Shown: one piece after another, positions 39,014-52,824 of the stretch
How the letters are laid out: every line of letters starts with the position of its first letter
How positions within the stretch are numbered: the stretch's first letter is position 1
Assembly: GCF_030684315.1 (NCBI RefSeq)
Contig: NC_081365.1
Span: 40,880,985-40,944,984 of the forward strand
Direction: 5' to 3'
DNA: 64,000 nucleotides
From: Stegostoma tigrinum
Lineage: Eukaryota
Notes under the pieces: generated by a model
Told to the model about the DNA's origin: nothing
The model's input: the letters and a program-made list of their open reading frames with translations, nothing else
Databases searched by the model: none
Translations under genes and position numbers: made by a program

Positions 39014-42000
39014 AATCTGTAAGAACAGTCCGGATTAGAGGTTCTGCAAGGAAAAGAGCAGGTGTTGGCTCTATTGGGCCCTCTTGTAACACAGTTGTAG
39101 CATCCCTACCCCTGGACTGGGAAGCATGAGTTCCCGTCCCACCAGCTCCAGAGATGTGTAATAACATCTCTGAACAGGTTGATTATAAAAACTAGGTTAA
39201 ATGAAAAAAATAAAATTCTTGTTGGACAAAAGGAAAGCTTTAACAATGCAGGACAGGCTGGGAAGGCCAGGAGTCATAGCAGAAGTATTTGCAGCTTGCA
39301 ACAATATGCCTAGCTAACGGACACTGAATCAAGGCTACAATGTGAAAGTCTAGAGACATTGAAATAATTTACACTCAGATCGCTGCAGAATTAAGTTGAC
39401 AAAAGGACAAATTGAAAGCCTAAGCTTGCAGAATGTGGAAAAAGAAAAGACAGTAAGGGGCTTTTTGGTTCCATGATAAGAGTGAACAATCCAGAATTTA
39501 AACCATGGGCCAGGTGAGAACAATTTATTGGCACCTGGCACCAGGCACCAGACTTTTATTTAGTAAAGTTGTGGATAAGGACAAGAGTTGTTTATCAGGC
39601 CATGAAAAGTGGAAAGTTCACTTGCCCGTGAAAATCCTGCAAATTCCCATGTTTCCTGCAGAAGGTAGCTATCCTCCATTTTGGCAAATCAGACAAGAAC
39701 TGACCATGAAATGATAACCATTCATTAACTACATTGCTGTTGACCTGTAGATACTTGTAAGCAAGACTAGTTTTTTTTAAAATAACAATTGACAGTGGTT
39801 GGACATTCACCCTTATACTAATTTATTATTTAAGATTTGTGTTATTGAGTTCAAATTTCATCATCTGCAGTTGGTGGATTTGGACTTATCTCCACTGAAC
39901 ATTATCCTGGATGTTCTGGATTATTAGTCTAGTGACATTACCACTCCTCCCCAAATTGTGAATGAAGATTTTCATATACATATGAAGATGGACTGCATAC
40001 AAGTGCGTTGGAGTCAGCACTTTGCTAGTTCAATCTACATCCACAGATTTAAAGCAAACAATGAAAAGCAATTACCTGATCCACTTTCCATGAAGGGAAT
40101 TCATGAAATTAAACGCCCACCAGATGATGATGTGGGACAACTACCCGACTCTGCAAGCAAGAGTCCCTCTGTGAAAGAAATCCTTGGGATTAAGGGCTAC
40201 CCAAAGAGGAAAAGTGTCTTTAGTGAAGGACATTCAACAGACAAAAGGTCATCCAGTGTAGAGGAACCTTACTGACCATACAGGATCAAGGTCAGAGTCA
40301 TGGAAGCATGACCTACCAATCTCATAAACTAAAAAGGAATATATTCTGGGAGAATTGTGAAACTTTAACCACCAGAACTTGTTAGGTCAAAGACTTGGGA
40401 AGTGAGGTAGTGATGAATAATTATATACACACATATATAAATGTTAACTATCGGGAAAAAGAAGATTGAGAGTTTGGGAGATGTTATATATGGTAATGAT
40501 TCTAAAAGGATTATTGTTAGACATGACATTTATCTCCACACAACCTGATTTTATAAGAACAGGAGTGGGTAAAGGCAGAACATCTTAGGATCTTGTAGTG
40601 TGAAGATTTATATTCAAGTCTCCCAATAAGCTGAAAAAAACACTTTGGCCCAGAAATTCTGATGGCTAGATTGACATTCCTGCAGGGTAAATTGATTGCA
40701 TGTCCGACCAATGCAAAAATAATTCTGATGCACCTGACTTTAAGAGACTTGTAGTGAAATTAAATTCTGATTGCCACATACACGGTGATTGGAAATAGCC
40801 AAAAAAGTTGCATACAGTCAGATATTTCCAAGTGTTGCAACTGACTTAAACTTAATACTTACCCAGGAATTGTTAGACGTTTAAGCACCTACTCCAACTC
40901 TTGGATAGCTATTAATCTCACCTTTTGACTCAATGTGGACTACACTCCATGAACCTACCTGACATTCCATCCCATTACCAACTGGCCACTCAACCCCCAA
41001 ACTTATGTGTTTGTCATAGTTTTTGCTAGACATTTAAACTATGGAAAATGACAGTTGCTGCAATAACAGGGGGAATGTTTTTGACTATGATCTTCTCTAG
41101 TATTATCTGTGAAGTTTCCTGATAGGTTTAGAAATAGGATTTCCAACCCTGATTGGAATTTTTGGCCTGATGTCCAACTTACATACTTGATTGTTATTAT
41201 TCAATAAACTACCACTTGTTTAAGACAAGAGTTTCTTCTTGTCAAGATTCTGGTATTTTTTTTCTTTGCAACTATAAATGAAACAGGTCTTTAGACATGG
41301 CCAAGCAAAGATGATGACTGGAGCAATCTACTGAAATTAAAGCTGTTATAGGCTACCATCACAGCACTAACCACACTTCATCTCTCTAAACTTAGCATTG
41401 GGATGTGGGTGCAGTTGGGCTCAGTGAAGAGGTGGGTGGCGTGGCAAGGTAAGGCATATAACTGTGATAACTGCAGATATAACATTCCTGTGGCTAACAG
41501 CAATCACAGGAAAAATTATGGTTCAACAGAGAGGTTTTGTTGTAATTTTGTAGCCTTCGCTAGTTGACACACAAAGTTTTGATCCATATTACAAAAGAGA
41601 TACCACAGCAGGTGCAAAAATGCTACACCATCATCAAAGGGTTTTTTTTTGTTTGATATGCATATGTAAAGCTATCCAATTAATCCCACTCCTTTGCATA
41701 TTTTCCATTGACCTAAAACTTATTTCTTTTTGATTATCTGTCATTTGAAAGTTATTATTGAATCTACTTTCAACATTCACAGAGGTAATGCATTCTAGAT
41801 CATAAGAGATTGCTTATTTCTAAAGGCCTACCTTTAGAGTTTTCCTTCACCATATGGGAAAGTGCCTATTCTGCACCCAGACTGTTGTCAGTCACTATTT
41901 TGTTTATGAGTTTTTGATTGCAATTCATCTGCACAAAATCTCTTACTGAAATAAGTCTACTTCAGCTAAGAGTATCCATATTTTATTGTTCTTTATTTAT

Positions 42001-45000
42001 TTCTCTAATTCTTTTAAACTCAATATTATGATCATGATTCCCTGCTCAAGAAATTGATTGATAAACCACCTTCTTCACAGTTTATACCAAAATGTATGTC
42101 TACAACTATAGCCATCTTCTTTTGTGCCAGTCCAACTCCAACCAGTGCAGAGTGTTCCCCCGGTTCCCATTGAATCTAGTTTTGCTACAGCTTTTTGCTT
42201 GATCAAATACTTCATCAAATGTGGCTTTGGTGTGAAAAGCTGTCACTGTCACCTATAGTTCAAGTCTTTTCTCCTGTTTGAACTAAAGCTATAATGAGTT
42301 CAGGAACTAAGTGGCCCTGTCCGAAGTGAAAGTGAGTTTCAGGGAGCAGGCTATGGCTCAGCATGTGCTGCTTGATAGCACCTTGATGACCCAGTGATGA
42401 CTAATGACCAAGAGTTGACTATTTGAGCAGTAATGGTCCAGGTTGGATTTGCCCTACTTTTGTGGACAGATTTTGAACGTTAATTCTATTAAGAGGCTGG
42501 AAAGAAGAGGAAGTTCAGAGCCCTACTATTTTTTGGATTATTAACCTGAAATGACGAGGCAGAAATTGATAAAGTATGGCCTCTGAAAAAGATTGAGCAA
42601 GAGTCTAACATTGGCAGCAATCAAAGATGAAACATTAAGACAGACTATATTGGATGGTAAGAAACTGGATGGGAGGGTGGTGACAATATTGAAATCAGAA
42701 TTGAGGGAAAAATGACAGTGGGATGCAGAGTTGCAGTGAACAGAAGAGCTTACATCTCCATGGACTATTGCCAATTATGGGTGAATGTATAGTTATTATG
42801 TCAAATAGAGCATTGTTTGACTATCATGGAAAAATAGAATTTAAAACAAAAACCTTTTATTCAATACCACTTATGGTATAATCAAATCCTGGAATGAAAT
42901 GAAGATTCAGGATATTTCCTGCGATGTTTAGATGACTTATACACTATACAATGTTTAAAAGACACTTAGATAAGGACATGCATAGGAAAGATTTGAGGGA
43001 TATGGGCCAGGAATTGGCAAGTGGGACAAAGTGTTTGGCATGGACTGGTTAGACCAAAGTGTCAGTTTCCATGCCATATGACTCTATGTAGGATTGCATA
43101 ATACAGAAACAATCCATTAGGCTCAACCGGTTTTTGCTGGTCTTTATTCTCTATACATACCTCATCTCGTGTTGTTTCACCCAACTCTGTAAACCTATTT
43201 ACTTTTTTTCACCTTCAAAGATTATCTAGCTCCCCTTTTAATGCAGCTTTTTCACTTGTCGTAATTTCTTTTTATGGGAGTGTACACTACATCCATATCA
43301 CCCTTCAAGTAACGACATTTCTTTTGAATTTCATATTGTACCTATTTATGACAATCAAACATTTATGGTCTCTACTCTTGGCCTCACCTGCAACTTCAAC
43401 CCTATCAGTATTAATCCTATCACTATTAAGTCAGTCCTCAGCCTTCTCTTTTCAATTATGTCTATTAATTATAACTTTAATCTCTCAAATCCATTTCAAT
43501 TATTGGAATACTTTAATACATTTTGCAAAATCTACATGCCTGATGTTTTATAATTTTTGATAGTCATTTGTTTTGGGGGAGAAAATCTATACTTTTTGTT
43601 GCGGTGATGGTACCTTTAAGCTTTAGATTTCTCTGGATAATTTCAAGTAAATTGATAAATGAGACCAAGTTGCCTGGAAGATTTATTAAGAAGCTAATTG
43701 TAGCAGAGAATATATTGTGCATGTATAGTTTGATTTCAAGCAGATTTTTAGTTGAAGTTCAGAACAAAATGGCTGCAGAGTAACTTTTCCAAACAAAATT
43801 TAGGTTCTGGCTAAAATAATTTAACCCTCCTGTTAATTGATGGATTCCTAAAAGTGATTTAGCATTCTGTGTTAGCCAGTTGGGAAGACAGTTTTAAATG
43901 TGATACTACACTATTAAAGAAGCTTTGATGTGTTAAGGTGTGTCTATACTTAAGACATTGCTGACAACTGTGTTGAATGGAGAGTGTACAGCCATGGAAT
44001 GTTTGAAAGATATGAAGGGAAATATTGCTGAAAGTAAGCCTAAGGTACAAGGTAACTCAACTCTATGTATCTTTGAAACAATAACACGTTAATCTTCCAA
44101 TTTTTGATAAGTATAAATTTTGGGATTTAAATGAAATAATTTTAGGAGGAAATTCATGTTTAAAAGCTCACTTTACAACATAAATAACTGTATCCTTTGC
44201 AATTTTAATGTTTTTAATGTTACTTAGAATGTAGTTAGTAACGTTTTTGTTCATTGATTTTTGTGCAGTAAAAAAATTGTTTTAAACTATGAATCTCGTA
44301 ACTTCATTCTTTGAATAAATACCTAGGTTTTCAGATTCCAGAAACAATTCTGAAGGGTTGTGTTGATCGAGATCGTAACAAAATGGAATCGAGATCTTTG
44401 CATTGTATTTTTAAGTATGGACTAATTAAGATTTGGCGTAAGATTTGTATACTTTTGCTTCTGTTCTGGTTGTGTCAGCATTGCAGACTAACATTTATAA
44501 TCTATCATCATTTATAATGCTAGTTCTAGCTGAGCCTGACAATGACCTACTGATATGATGGTCCTGCTAAGAAAAAAACATACATGATTTTGTCCTTGCG
44601 AAGAGTGATTGTTGATAAACTGCCTTTGAGGACTGTGGGGATGGCTTCCTCTGTTTTACTATTGTCAGAGACCACTAGATGCTTGTTTATGTTGATTTCA
44701 CGAATGCATTCCATATTTTAAAGAAAGTATGGTCAGTTTACTTTTCTCTCTTCTTGCTACAATGATTCAATTTCCAAATCTCATACAATTGTGAATGGGT
44801 GGTTCAGTGGACATTCCTGGTTAAGCCAGTCAACAATGGAATACTTCACTAACTGGGAGCCAGGAAAACTTGAAATTGCTGAGGTACAACCTTTGTTGAA
44901 GATACTGGCCTCTGTGGTGTTATTTTCAATGGTGACAAGAGAAAAACCCATTCCTGAAGACATTTGCTCACAACAGTTGTCTTTGAGCTCGGGTAAACAT

Positions 45001-47196
45001 TTCTGGCATCATGCCATTATCTCAGAAGCTTGATTTATTCAATCCTGCTGTTAAAGTCTGAGGCCAATATGTGGGAAGAATACATTATTTTTTCCAGGCA
45101 AATGACATTAGGGCAGATGAAAAACAAAGAGTAATTCTCCTGACAGCTTGTGGACCTGCAGCTTTATCGGTTATCAGGAGCCTAACTCTCCCTAAGGCAC
45201 CAGATACTAAAACCTTTCAATAGTTGATGGATTTAACTAAAGGATATTATGACACCAACCATCCTCTAACACTGAGGTGATATTGGTTTTACTCAGCATT
45301 TTGAGAACCAGGGGAATCAGAATCAGGATTTTTGACTAGGTTAAGATGACTGGCAGAGGTATGTGACTTATATTTAACCCTTAATGAGATGCTGACAGAC
45401 TGCTTGGTACGCGGGTTTAATGATGTAACTATACAAATCAGCCTAGGACCTGAAGCCTAACTGCACAACAACTGACTTTATCATTGGAAAATGCAGCAAG
45501 TGGAGCATATGAGTTGCAGCATTTTTGGATGGAAGTGGACAGCCTTACCAGTCCAACTGAGCTTGAGGAACATCACTTGAGAGAAGACAATTGCATAGCC
45601 TCACTCAGGGCATATCCTGAAGAGGGACTCGAGGTCAGCTCACAGCAAATCCCCAAAACAAAGTCAAGCTTCAACCAATTGGTTAAAATTTTCTTCAGGA
45701 TCTGGACCACCAAGCCATTGAAGTTGCTGCTGGTATGCATACTTAAGACAGCAAAAGAATCCCTCTAGACCTAAATTAAGTAACTTATAGGCCAATATCC
45801 AGTTAAGTGCGTGCCTGGAAAGTTTACTACATCTGGTTTGGAGCAGTTAAATTGCTTAGCAACATCCAAATCAGAAACAATCAAAGTAAATGTCTGGTTC
45901 TAATGGAGATCAATAATGCTGTGGCCGTTTCATTGAATGCAGAACCAGTCTTCAACAAAATTCATTGTGGACTTCAGAATAGCAGCTGGTTCAGTTAACA
46001 ATTGTAGGAAAATTGCTGGGGCAAAACTGGTTGAGAAAGATTCACCAAAATTGGTTCAACATTTTTTGATTAAAAAATGGCTGCTTGAGTGAATTAAATA
46101 CCTGAACGTTTTTCAAGAAGGTCTAGGTCTATCTGAGGAGCCAAGGCCAACTTGCATGTTGACCAGGAAGCAATTCCACAATTCTACAAGACCCACCCAG
46201 TGCCATATGCCATATGGGCAAAAGTAGAGACAGAAATCAGAAGGTTCCAAAGCAAAGGAATCATCAAACTAGTCCAGTTGCAGAATGGACAGCACCGGTC
46301 ATAGTGATTATGAAGCCTGATAGCTGGTTCATCTTTGTGGGGTTTTAAACAAACAGCAGCTGGAAAAATACCCTAATCCCTTACAAGGGAGGGGCTGTTC
46401 TTCCCAAAACTGGATTGCAGCCATGTGTACTTGCAATTGTGGCTAGATGATTTCTAGAAATATGCTACAATTAATACTCATAAGGGTTTTACCAATATAC
46501 AAGACCATTTGGGTTATTGTCAGCATGTGCAATTTTTCAGGGGACAATGGAGAGCATTTCACAGGATCTACCCTGGTTGCAATTTATTTAGATGATGTGC
46601 TAATAACAGGGAAGGCCAATAAGGAGAACTTAGACAACTTGGGCATAGTCCTTAGATATTTCTCCCAGGCAGGCAAACACCATAGAACGGAAAAATGTGT
46701 TCCAAGCACCCCAAGTGACTTTGAGCAACAGAATTGACAAACCAGGTCACACATATGGGAACATAACAGGAGGGCGATTAAAGGATCCCTAGGTCTCAGG
46801 TCGGTACCAGAGCTTTTGTCTTTTTTGGAGTGGGTGAATTATTATCGAAAATTCACACACAGCCTGGCCTCCATCCTTTGCGTCAACTCTTAAAAAAAGG
46901 TCAGACTTGGAAACGGTCGCATAGCCAAGGCACGGCTTTCAGTGAAATGAAGAAACAGATATCAAATTTCACAGTGTCGGCACACTATGATCCCAAGGAA
47001 GATCTGGTATTGACACGCAATGCCTCCCTATACAGTATCGGGTTGTAATTAGCTCATAGGTAGCCCAATGGAGAGGAACACCCAATCCAGGACTTTGGCT
47101 AATGCAGAGTCTTATTATGCTCAGATAGAGAAGGAAGGTTTGGCGGTCATATTTGGAGTCAGGAAGTGACATCAACACCTTTATGGATGTAATTTT

Positions 47197-48717
47197 ACAT
47201 ACATAGAACATAACAGCACAGTACAGGCCCTTCGGCCCTCGAGGTTGTGCCAACCTGTCATATTGATCTCAAGCCCATCTAACCTACACTATTCCATGTA
47301 CATCCACATGCTCATCCAATGACGACTTAAATGCACCTAAAGTTGGCGAATCTACAACCATTGCAGGCAAAGCGTCCCATTCTGTTACTACTCTCTGAGT
47401 AAAGAAACTACCCCTGACATCTGTTCTATATCTTTCACCCCTCAATTTAAAGCTATGCCCTCTCGTGCTCGCCGTCACCATCCTAGGAAAAAGACTCTCC
47501 CTATCCACCCTATCTAACCCTCTGATTATTTTATATTTTTCAATTAAGTCACCTCTCAACCTCCTTCTCTCTAATGAAAATAGCCTCAAGTCCCTCAGCC
47601 TTTCCTCGTAAGACCTTCCCTCCATACCAGGCAACATCCTAGTAAATCTCCTCTGCACCCTTTCCAAAGCTTCCACGTCCTTCTTATAATGCGGTGACCA
47701 GAACTGTACACAATACTCCAAGTGCGGCCGCACCAGAGTTTTGTACAGCTGCAGCATAACCTCTTGGTTCCAGAACTTGATCCCTCTATTAATAAAAGCT
47801 AAAACACTGTATGCCTTTTTAACAGTCCTGTCAACCTGGGTGGCAACTTTCAATGATCTGTGTACATGGACACCGAGATCTCTCTGCTCATCTACACTAC
47901 TAAGAATCTTACCATTAGCCCTGTACTTTGCCTTCTGGTTACTCCTACCAAAGTGCATCACCTCACACTTGTCTGCATTAAACTCCATTTGCCACCTCTC
48001 AGCCCAGCTCTGCAGCTTATCGGTGATAATGGGAACTGCAGATGCTGGAGAATCCAAGATAATAAAGTGTGAAGCTGGATGAACACAGCAGGCCAAGCAG
48101 CATATCAGGAGCACAAAAGCTTTTGTGCTCCTGATATGCTGCTTGGCCTGCTGTGTTCATCCAGCTTCACACTTTATTATCTGCAGCTTATCTATGTCTC
48201 TCTGCAACCTACAGCATCCTTCGTCACTATCCACAACTCCACCGACCTTAGTGTCGTCTGCAAATTTACTAACCCATCCTTCTACGCCCTCATCCAGGTC
48301 ATTTATAAAAATGACAAACAGCAGTGGACCCAACACCGACCCTTGCGGTACACCACTAGTAACTGGTCTCCAGGATGAACATTTGCCATCAACTACCACC
48401 CTCTGTCTTCTTTCAGCAAGCCAATTTCTGATCCAAACTGCTATATCTCCCACAATTCCATTCCTCCGCATTTTGTACAATAGCCTACTGTGGGGAACCT
48501 TATCGAACGCCTTGCTGAAATCCATATACACCACATCGACCGGTTTACTCTCATCTACCTGTTTGGTCACCTTCTCAAAGAACTCAATAAGGTTTGTGAG
48601 GCACAACCTACCCTTCACAAAACCGTGCTGACGATCCCTAACCAATTTATTCTTTTCTAGATGATGATAAATCCTATTTCCTTATAATCTTTTCCAAACA
48701 CTTTACCAACAACTGAG
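47197..48717 (-). mobile_element. Young 5'-truncated CR1 LINE inserted in the Gypsy RNase H region
   Basis: Minus ORFs [33 protein letters not shown] and QRDLGVHVH..LEYCVQFW; 8-bp TSD GTAATTTT (47189-47196, 48718-48725). Confidence 0.93.
48022..48179. mobile_element. PLE-derived foldback centred on AAAAGCTTTT, nested in CR1
   Basis: Perfect palindrome of ~60 bp per arm plus tail; 13-bp TSD TCTGCAGCTTATC (48009-48021, 48180-48192). Confidence 0.92.
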
Positions 48718-51700
48718 GTAATTTTGTAATAACGGACCACATACCCCTGTTAGGTCTGCTTAAAGAGGGCAAGTCAGTGCTGCCTATAACTCCAGGCCGA
48801 CTTCAGCAGTGGGGTCTAATACTAGGTAAGTATAATTACAAATTCAAACATCGTTTTAGGAGGCCAAGTAATAAATGCAGATACATTGAGCAGCCTCCTG
48901 CTGGCAGATATACAATCGATGGTACAACCACTGGAAATGTCCATAATGTTTTCAAATTTTCTGGATACAATTCCAGTCACAGCTGACAATATCAGACTTT
49001 GCAGACATAGTAAGATCTAATTCTGGTAAAACTGAAACAGCTGGTGATGATGGCAGAACTAAAGGGTCAGAATTGAAGCCTTTTTGGACCCAACAAGACC
49101 AGATCACAATATAGGATGACATATTATTACAGGAAGTAAGAGTGATTGTCCGAAGCTAAAGTACTATCTGAACTTCACCAGGGATATCCGGGGGTTCCAA
49201 AATGAAAATGTCAGTGAAAAGTTATGTCTGGTGGCCCAGGCTAGATACAGACACAGCTGCATTGGTGGGGCAGCACCCAGACAAAGATTACCACCAACAT
49301 CTTCCACACACTCATGGGAAGGGCAGTGTAAACCCTGGACTTGGTTACACTATGCAGGTCCTTTCACAGGCTCAATGTTCTTAGTCATTGTGGACGCCTT
49401 GTCAAACTGGTTGAAGTGCACAAAGTTTATTCATCAAACACACAGACAGTGATAGAAAAACTGCACACATATTTTGCAACACACAAATCCCGGACATATT
49501 GGTCACAGATAACAGGCCATCGTTTACTGGCAGGGATTTAAGGATATTTCATAAAGGTGAATGGTATTCACCATATAAGGACAGCTCCACACCATTCAAC
49601 GGTTTGGCAGAAATAGCAGCCCAAACTTAAAAGGCAGGTTTAAAAAAACAGCCAACAGCTTCACTGAATACAAACTGTCCCAGGGATAGCTCTAGTAGAG
49701 TTGCTAACTGGTAGGAGACTACATACTAGGTTAAATTTGATCTTTCCAGACCTAGTAGGGGTGGGGGATGCGTAAGGAACACCAATACCAGATACAAAAC
49801 TCCACTAAGCAAGAGAGACATCATCCTTCAGGGAATAAATTTTGATGGGCAAACCCCAAAAATGGCCCTTCATGGGTATGACACATGGTTGAGGTCAGGT
49901 CCAGTGACGAATAAAGTTTGGGTTAGTGTGACAGTCCTGAACAAACACAAAGACAACATGAAAGCTGCAAACTCATCCATGGTGTGGTAGCAAAACATGC
50001 CCAGCTCAACAGCCTTTCCAACCGTTCTGGAACTCACGGGTTCTCCCTCCCGATCAAAGTTTTAAGATACTCAGAATCTGAGATGAATATGGTGGATTTC
50101 ACCACCTCAGCGCCTTTGCTGCCTCGTGAAGTGGATGAAATTCTTCCAGGATGCTGCAGGCGCAACAGGCAAGTTACTGCTCTTTACATACTGCCTGTCC
50201 CAGAGGCAGAGTTGGAGGAACTTGACCCAGTGCTAAAACATCCCACGAAGAGCTACGAAAGGCTTATATCCTCAGACTCAGGCAGGGAGGGATGCAGCAA
50301 TTGTACGGAGGTTGTCCAGGTGGAGATCACAGAAAATAAGTTCCCTGGTTGGGGCTATCTGCCTGGTCCAATCAGGGAGCCCTGGCTGACAGCTAAGAAC
50401 AAGACAGTCAGACATTCTGTTCACTCTAAGAGCTGGCTTAGACAGCTTGATCAGCCTCAAGGACTCTCCATGTTAAAGAGAGGGCAATGTGGTGATGGGA
50501 TGCTGACATCTGTGGAATTATTTCAGCTAATATCCCAAGATTGAGTGAATTGAAACCAAAATATGCCAAGATGCAGCTGTATTGTCTAAATGCAACTAAT
50601 ATGCCCAATCTGTAATTTTTCTGCGTAAGAAAATACATATACCAACCTGCCAATTACTGATATTTATATTGATGAAACAAATCCACCACTCCAGCTTATC
50701 CGAAATCTCACTTTTCACAATGGTCCACTGAATAAGACTCATTTACTTGGTACAAATCATGAAATTGTATTAATTACTACAGCCAATTTACTGAATTTGC
50801 CTTGAAGGTTACCACACGATTGGTGTTATTTGGGTCAGTATTTTAAGACTTTGAGCAACAAATTTTGAATGAACACCAAATTAGCGGGCCTAAACAACCC
50901 TTCTAGATTGCAAAAGGTACTCTCTCTTATTTCCTTGCTCTTTCACTACATCCTTTTACATTCTTCCTTTGCGAGTGCATGTGAAAATACTTTTTAAATT
51001 GTGATATGTCTCTGCTACAATTTTTATTTAAATAATTGCATGTTTTAATAACCTGTATGAAAAGAATTCTATATATCTTGATATGTCTGTTAATCTCGAG
51101 TCTTTGAAAACTCAAGTCTTTATGCTCTTTTAGCCTGTAATTCAACATTCTATTCAACTGAAAAGACTAAAGAATGGATGGACAAACATTTTACAGTTGT
51201 ATCAAAAGCAAAACGGCATATTTCTTTATAAATTGAATACTCTGACTTGTACAATACTTCATAGGTGACACAATATAGACCACACTGATCTAACTGGATA
51301 TTTTGTTAACACTTGATCAGATATAGTCATTTTCAACTCTGCACCACATTTAAGAAGATAGAAAATTCCGCTTTTCCACTCATACATATAAATACACATT
51401 AAAACACAAAAAAAAACAAGTGGCAGTATAAATACATAATCATTGTCATAACTGGGCGAAACCTGAGGTAAAGATTCAGGCAGTTTATGAGAGAGAATAG
51501 TGATGAATACATCACTGTGCTTCTTAGACCGATATATCGTATTGCTTATATTTTTAAGAAAAATGTGCATATGTGCAAATAAGAAAATCCTTTAAAACAT
51601 AATGATTGCATCAAAGTATTGCCAGTTTTAAAGTCAACAATAACAGCAGTAACAGTGCACAACCTGTTCATGTCACTGTAACTTTTTCATTAGAAATAGG

Positions 51701-51886
51701 TCATAACACTATTAACTCTCCTGTGCATTGGTTGCAACAATTAAATGTGATATTTTCATATCTAGTATATGGGTGGAAACGTCCTATGCTCTTTTTATTA
51801 GAGAGAAGCGATGATGGTGAAGTATCACAAAATGGTACATCAGTCATTCCTTTGCTGCACAGTGTAGGATCCAACATGTTTAAAAC
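51701..51886 (-). CDS. BLZF1: BLZF1/Golgin-45 last coding exon
   Basis: VLNMLDPTLCSKG...KKSIGRFHPYTRYENITFNCCNQCTGELIVL* matches the Golgin-45 C-terminus; acceptor ttgcAG. Confidence 0.95.
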   Translation of the reverse strand, partial: VLNMLDPTLCSKGMTDVPFCDTSPSSLLSNKKSIGRFHPYTRYENITFNCCNQCTGELIVL

Positions 51887-52047
51887 CTGCAAATAAAAGA
51901 AAAAGAATCTGTGCTAAGTCAGCTCTTGGTAGTACTTATTTGAAGCAGTAATGATTGTAAAATAACATTCAGTTTATTCTAATTGTCAAAGCACAAGGGT
52001 ACATGAACTTGCAGTTTGCAGTGGTAAATAAACAAATTATTATCGTA

Positions 52048-52268
52048 GATAATGGGAACTGCAGATGCTGGAGATTCCAAGATAATAAAATGTGAGGCTG
52101 GATGAACACAGCAGGCCAAGCAGCATCTCAGGAGCACAAAAGCTGACGTTTCGGGCCTAGACCCTTCATCAGAGCCTCTCTGATGAAAGGTCTAGGCCCG
52201 AAACGTCAGCTTTTGTGCTCCTGAGATGCTGCTTGGCCTGCTGTGTTCATCCAGCCTCACATTTTATT
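52048..52268. mobile_element. PLE-derived asymmetric foldback insertion with hammerhead motifs on both strands
   Basis: ~90-bp near-perfect arms meeting at tcatcagagcctctctgatga; 14-bp TSD AAATTATTATCGTA (52034-52047, 52269-52282). Confidence 0.92.
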
Positions 52269-52824
52269 AAATTATTATCGTAATTTGTTTCCAGAAGAAA
52301 CTATATATTTGACTCAAAGACTAAATACTTGGTTTAATTAACAATTGACTAGTTCACTATCTAGCTTGATAACTGTACTAAACTTAACTGATTTATACTT
52401 TTATTATGAATCCACTATTGGACAATTTGTAAAATGTTTTGCCATATGCAAACTCATGGAGATGTTGGTTTTACATTTGTTGATCAATTTTGAACCATAT
52501 CTTTCACAAGCGGCCTAACAGGTCTTACAACTGATTCTAAAGAAAAGGTCCTACATTCAAAATGTCAACTCTGCTTTCTCTGCTGCCAGACCCACTGAGT
52601 TTCTTCATAAGTTTCTGTGCTTTTTTTTAGAAAAAGAGAATCAGCATAAGTGGGTCGTGTTGAAGTTGGCAAACTGTATCTGGTTTAACTAACAGGAAGC
52701 ATTGTTGGGATATGGAGTATTTACAATCTATATTAATGATTTTAATGAAGGGATCAATTGTATTGTATCATTAGCCTATTTAGCTACAGATATGTGCTAG
52801 AGAGCACATAGTGAGGAGGACAGA

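Larger units (their letters stand above)
44780..50525 (+). mobile_element. Gypsy/Ty3 LTR retrotransposon, decayed (gag-PR-RT-RH-IN), with diverged LTRs ~44780-44928 and 50293-50525
   Basis: YLDDVLITG (RT), HYDPKEDLVL and YAQIEKEGLAVIFGVRK (RNase H), KSYVWWPRLD, YAGPFTGSMFLVIVDA and NGLAE (integrase). PPT-like ggcagggaggga before TG at 50293. Both LTR ends read tctgtgg..ttatt(t)tca, and the 5' one is followed by PBS-like tggtgac. Confidence 0.85.

Noticed and set aside
47284-48114. 276-aa ORF with a novel Cys-rich N-terminus ([16 protein letters not shown])
   Set aside because: Chimera of the foldback arm read in frame into CR1 RT; the same peptide recurs wherever the pLTR occurs.
49984-50544. 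186-aa ORF as an env-like or accessory gene of the Gypsy element
   Set aside because: Non-ATG start, runs through the PPT into the 3' LTR, and shows no signal peptide or transmembrane segment.
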